Under the pieces are notes generated by a model that had not been told where the DNA came from, ran no database searches, and saw only the letters and a program-made list of their open reading frames with translations. DNA of 64,000 bases from assembly GCA_039811185.1 (NCBI GenBank), contig JBDHYF010000001.1:34458-98457 (forward strand), given 5' to 3'. The position numbers and the translations under genes were made by a program. Each line of letters opens with the position of its first letter. The stretch's first letter is position 1. Shown here piece after piece: positions 62,386 to 64,000 of the stretch. The DNA comes from Chitinophagaceae bacterium (GTDB lineage Bacteria > Bacteroidota > Bacteroidia > Chitinophagales > Chitinophagaceae).

Positions 62386-63008
62386 TGCGAAACGTTGTTA
62401 AAATCGATGTCGGAAACCCGAAGCGGCGGCGACAAATGAATTGCTGCTATGCCGGCCTCCATTGCCCCTGTACAGTTAATGAGTGTATCGTCGATGAACA
62501 AGGTTTCCGGCGCACTGATTTTTTCTTGTGCAAGCAAATGTAGAAACGACGTTTTATCCGGTTTACGATAGCCGCACAAATGCGAATAATACACCGCATC
62601 GAAATATTCCTGAAAGGGCTTTTGCCCAACTTTTTGCCGGTAAAGCTCCGAAAAAGCGTTGTAATGTATTTCGTTTGTATTTGAAAAAAGAATAAGTCGG
62701 TACTGGTTACGAAGATGCAAAAGCACTTCCATCTGGCTTTCCATATAAACACCCAACATGGCATTCCAGGCGTCGGTGATGGCCTCATCAGACAATTCGA
62801 TTCCCGAAAGTTCACGCACGGCTTTACAAAATGCCGCCGGCTGCAATTTACCGGTTTCTAAATCCTGAAAAAGGGCCGACGCCCGGTGCTGCGAATAAAG
62901 CGCATCGAAATCAGAAATCCCCAATGCTTTAAATGCCTGTTCTGTTTTATGGTAGTCTACCTCTATAAACACACCGCCAAAATCGAAAATGATGTTTTTA
63001 AACTGCAT
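62358..63008 (-). CDS. HAD-superfamily hydrolase (subfamily IA-like)
   Basis: IIFDFGGVF motif I, SNT motif II and IDD motif IV. Confidence 0.8.
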   Translation of the reverse strand: MQFKNIIFDFGGVFIEVDYHKTEQAFKALGISDFDALYSQHRASALFQDLETGKLQPAAFCKAVRELSGIELSDEAITDAWNAMLGVYMESQMEVLLHLRNQYRLILFSNTNEIHYNAFSELYRQKVGQKPFQEYFDAVYYSHLCGYRKPDKTSFLHLLAQEKISAPETLFIDDTLINCTGAMEAGIAAIHLSPPLRVSDIDFNNVSHYLISSKSM

Positions 63009-63026
63009 GCAACAAAGAAAACGAAT

Positions 63027-63785
63027 CTACTTGTGATAATTGTTCAGCACCTCCCATAGATAAATGGCATTCGGATACGCATGTCCGCCCATATCGTTAT
63101 TAAAGAAAGCCCAAACGGTTTTGCCCTTATCGAGCCATTGTTCAATTTTTGCGGCTTCCTGTTTCAGCAGCGAAGTTTCGTATCCGCTGTTATAAAGCGC
63201 TTCCGGCCCATGGTACCGGAGATAAACATTGGGCGAGGTAACAACCTCTGAATAGGGAAAGCGGTTGCCTGAGTTGGATATTACCATGGCCACCTGATGC
63301 TGTTGAAGCAAATCGATTGCCGGCTGCTCTAACCACGATGGATGGCGAAATTCGAGTGCAAAGGCAAAATCGGAATAATACTTTTGGATATACTGGAAGA
63401 AAGGGCCAATCACATCATCGTTACATGTAAGCGAAGGAGGCAACTGAATGAGCACTGGTCCCATCTTTGGCAGCAGCGCGTAAAAGTTATCCAGAAATAT
63501 AGGGAGATGTACTTCCGGGTTCTTTAATCTTTTCACGTGGGTGATGTAGCGGCTCATTTTTACACAAAATCGAAACGTGTCGGGTACTACCTCACTCCAT
63601 TTTTGAATGGTTTGCAATTTGGGAAGGTGATAGAAAGAGCTGTTAATTTCCACTGCATCGAAGAAACCGGCGTAATAACAAAGCCAATCGGCCGAGGGAA
63701 ATGGCTTTGGAAAAAAAGTTTCCCGCCAGTGTTTGTAGCTCCATCCACTGGTTCCTATGTAGTAAGCAGTTTTACTCATTTTCAT
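63027..63785 (-). CDS. DUF72 family protein
   Basis: YIGTSGWSYKHW is the hallmark motif. The track start at 63794 is GTG; ATG 63785 or 63779 are more likely. Confidence 0.8.
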   Translation of the reverse strand: MKMSKTAYYIGTSGWSYKHWRETFFPKPFPSADWLCYYAGFFDAVEINSSFYHLPKLQTIQKWSEVVPDTFRFCVKMSRYITHVKRLKNPEVHLPIFLDNFYALLPKMGPVLIQLPPSLTCNDDVIGPFFQYIQKYYSDFAFALEFRHPSWLEQPAIDLLQQHQVAMVISNSGNRFPYSEVVTSPNVYLRYHGPEALYNSGYETSLLKQEAAKIEQWLDKGKTVWAFFNNDMGGHAYPNAIYLWEVLNNYHK

Positions 63786-63827
63786 CGAATTCACAATTTT
63801 GAAATCTACATGACATTAAAAATCTAT

Positions 63828-63835
63828 TAAGTTTG
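63828..63835 (+). promoter_or_regulatory. -7 box TAAGTTTG upstream of the 63859 lipoprotein gene
   Basis: Exact match 23 nt upstream of the ATG. Confidence 0.45.
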
Positions 63836-63858
63836 TTTGCGATTCAAGCACTAAATTA

Positions 63859-64000
63859 ATGCCCTATTTGCTGAAACATATCTATTCCATCTTTGCCTTT
63901 TTAAGTGTTTTCTCCGTTTTTGTTACCGGTTGTTCATCTCCTGAAAAACACGATGATAAAGCGTTTGAAGAGGCTTACGGATTTTTGGCAAGAGGCCAGA
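63859..64000 (+). CDS. Hypothetical lipoprotein, 3' end cut by window edge
   Basis: ATG 63859 with signal peptide and lipobox (VFVTGC). A -7 box lies at 63828-63835. Confidence 0.5.
   Translation, partial: MPYLLKHIYSIFAFLSVFSVFVTGCSSPEKHDDKAFEEAYGFLARGQ

Noticed and set aside
1-64000. Scan for tRNA/rRNA/tmRNA/RNase P hallmarks, transposase/integrase/phage genes, CRISPR arrays and toxin-antitoxin or defence gene pairs
   Set aside because: I recognised none. Every ORF over about 90 aa outside shadow frames is accounted for by housekeeping or envelope functions. The largest non-coding gaps (22631-22887, 34965-35332, 47924-48198) contain promoter boxes or dyads rather than structured-RNA signatures that I can identify by eye.

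Overview
This is a gene-dense window (about 55 CDS, no gap over about 370 nt) that looks like core chromosome of a Bacteroidota bacterium. The phylum call rests on a T9SS C-terminal sorting domain, DUF4293/DUF4834-type proteins, 14 intergenic TAnnTTTG -7 promoter boxes, and no obvious Shine-Dalgarno usage. I did not attempt a finer taxonomic call. Most genes are housekeeping: uvrC, corA, rpoN, glyQS, dtd, asnB, glyA, murF, rimP-nusA-infB, class II ribonucleotide reductase nrdJ, and idi. Recognisable modules include:
- a TolC/membrane-fusion-protein pair with no pump gene
- an ECF sigma factor coupled to a transmembrane protein with a beta-rich C-terminal domain
- a tandem ABC half-transporter pair
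- paaA-B-C-D plus a crotonase, lying beside a GGGP-synthase (PcrB) homologue
- an alpha-2-macroglobulin/PBP1C pair with an intact CxEQ thioester
- an orphan radical SAM/SPASM enzyme
- a T9SS-secreted M1 aminopeptidase

I found no rRNA, tRNA, CRISPR array, transposase, integrase, prophage or recognisable defence genes. No clearly novel multi-gene system is demonstrable from sequence alone. The items most worth follow-up are:
1. the ECF sigma / TM-plus-beta-barrel-like / lipoprotein module (6909-9449)
2. a self-contained about 170-nt mini-gene with its own -7 box and strong terminator, between a PQQ-type dehydrogenase and the convergent rSAM/SPASM gene (48027-48205)
3. an intrinsic-terminator-like attenuator in the rimP-nusA-infB leader (62017-62077)
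4. a recurring TAnnTTTG-N4-6-ATG arrangement that implies leaderless mRNAs for five genes
5. an arginase-fold protein that appears to lack both Mn(B)-specific ligands
6. a reductase-less paaABCD cluster beside GGGPS

All family calls come from by-eye motif recognition; no searches were run.
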